Shown here: piece after piece, positions 63,541 to 64,000 of the stretch
Numbering within the stretch: position 1 is the stretch's first letter
How the letters are laid out: the number at the start of each line of letters is the position of its first letter
Notes under the pieces: generated by a model
Told to the model about the DNA's origin: nothing
Databases searched by the model: none
What the model saw: only the letters and a program-made list of their open reading frames with translations
Assembly: GCA_045661245.1 (NCBI GenBank)
Contig: JAZRFH010000002.1
Span: forward strand, 655 to 64,654
From: Eubacteriales bacterium
Lineage (GTDB): Bacteria > Bacillota > Clostridia > Oscillospirales > CAG-272
Direction: 5' to 3'
Length of the DNA stretch: 64,000 bases
Translations under genes and position numbers: made by a program

Positions 63541-64000
63541 CGAGCTTGCCGCTTTTCTTGCAGACTACCTTAAATTTACTCTCGGACAGGATGCGGCCGT
63601 ACGTGCCGCAGAGGGGCTTAGCGAAAAATACGGCTCACTTGGCGTTATCGCATCGTCTGCTACTCGCGAGCTTGCGGCGAGTGTGGGTATGACGGATGCC
63701 GCGGCACTCTCACTCAAGCTTTTGGCCTATGTTCATTCTCGCAGTATAACCGACAAATTTCAAAGACCCGAGAGGTATAGCGAAGAGGAGCTTAGGGAAT
63801 ATATCACAGCCCTCTTTCACGGCCTGTCGGTTGAAACGGTTTATTGCCTGCTGCTTGATAAGAATATGAGGCTGATAGGCACCGAGCATCTCGGTGAGGG
63901 TACGGTTAACTCCTCGGAGATTTATCCGCGCAGAATACTTGAATGCGCGTGCAGAAGAGGTGCTGCCGGCGTAATTATAGCGCATAACCACCCTAAGGGC
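63533..64000 (+). CDS. radC: RadC (JAB/MPN domain) protein, 3'-truncated by the window edge
   Basis: The frame is open from TTG 63533 to the window end and overlaps the upstream stop by 8 nt. It has the helix-hairpin-helix segment KYGSLGVIASS and the canonical JAMM motif IIAHNHPKG at the very end of the window. Confidence 0.8.
   Translation, partial: MNNELAAFLADYLKFTLGQDAAVRAAEGLSEKYGSLGVIASSATRELAASVGMTDAAALSLKLLAYVHSRSITDKFQRPERYSEEELREYITALFHGLSVETVYCLLLDKNMRLIGTEHLGEGTVNSSEIYPRRILECACRRGAAGVIIAHNHPKG

Noticed and set aside
1-64000. Looked for CRISPR arrays, tRNA/rRNA genes, IS elements, integrases, phage genes and toxin-antitoxin or restriction-modification pairs
   Set aside because: No direct-repeat/spacer arrays were seen.
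No tRNA-like T-loop (GGTTCGAATCC-type) context was seen.
No transposase or recombinase motifs appear in any ORF.

Overview
This is a 64-kb chromosomal segment from a Gram-positive, spore-forming anaerobe. It looks Clostridia-like from gene content: spoVF dipicolinate synthase, PerR-rubrerythrin, anaerobic NrdD, long-form HPF and a DHOD-1B pyr operon. Coding density is high, with about 55 protein genes. I found no rRNA, tRNA, CRISPR array, transposase, integrase or phage gene, and composition looks uniform. Most of the window is housekeeping: dpaAB, pepT, metY-metA, nrdD, dus, purC, a seven-gene pyr operon, hpf, prfC, trmB and radC. Several sigma-A-type promoters, NrdR and Per boxes, and intrinsic terminators are readable. 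The items worth a second look are listed here. (1) A two-component system, a RimJ/L-type GNAT and an 863-aa Tet(M)/EF-G-like ribosomal GTPase fused to a Rae1/YacP NYN endoribonuclease domain appear to form one operon; this is my top candidate for an undescribed ribosome-targeting system. (2) A 2328-aa secreted protein carries two polysaccharide-deacetylase modules and four ~310-325-aa repeats, and is followed by an unannotated 36-codon ORF. (3) An RNase III paralog carries a second dsRBD-like domain. (4) A polyprenyl-phosphate glycosylphosphotransferase is fused to a GT4 glycosyltransferase and is coupled to a Wzy/WaaL-like gene. (5) PyrB is fused to only the Zn knuckle of PyrI. (6) Two RadC paralogs sit in tandem, one with a degenerate and one with a canonical JAMM motif. 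(7) An acyltransferase-GT8-acyltransferase cassette. (8) An aldolase, ceramidase-like hydrolase, unknown protein and MFS transporter cassette. (9) A ~370-bp non-coding gap between convergent genes that may hold an ncRNA. All homology calls come from reading motifs by eye; no database search was run.
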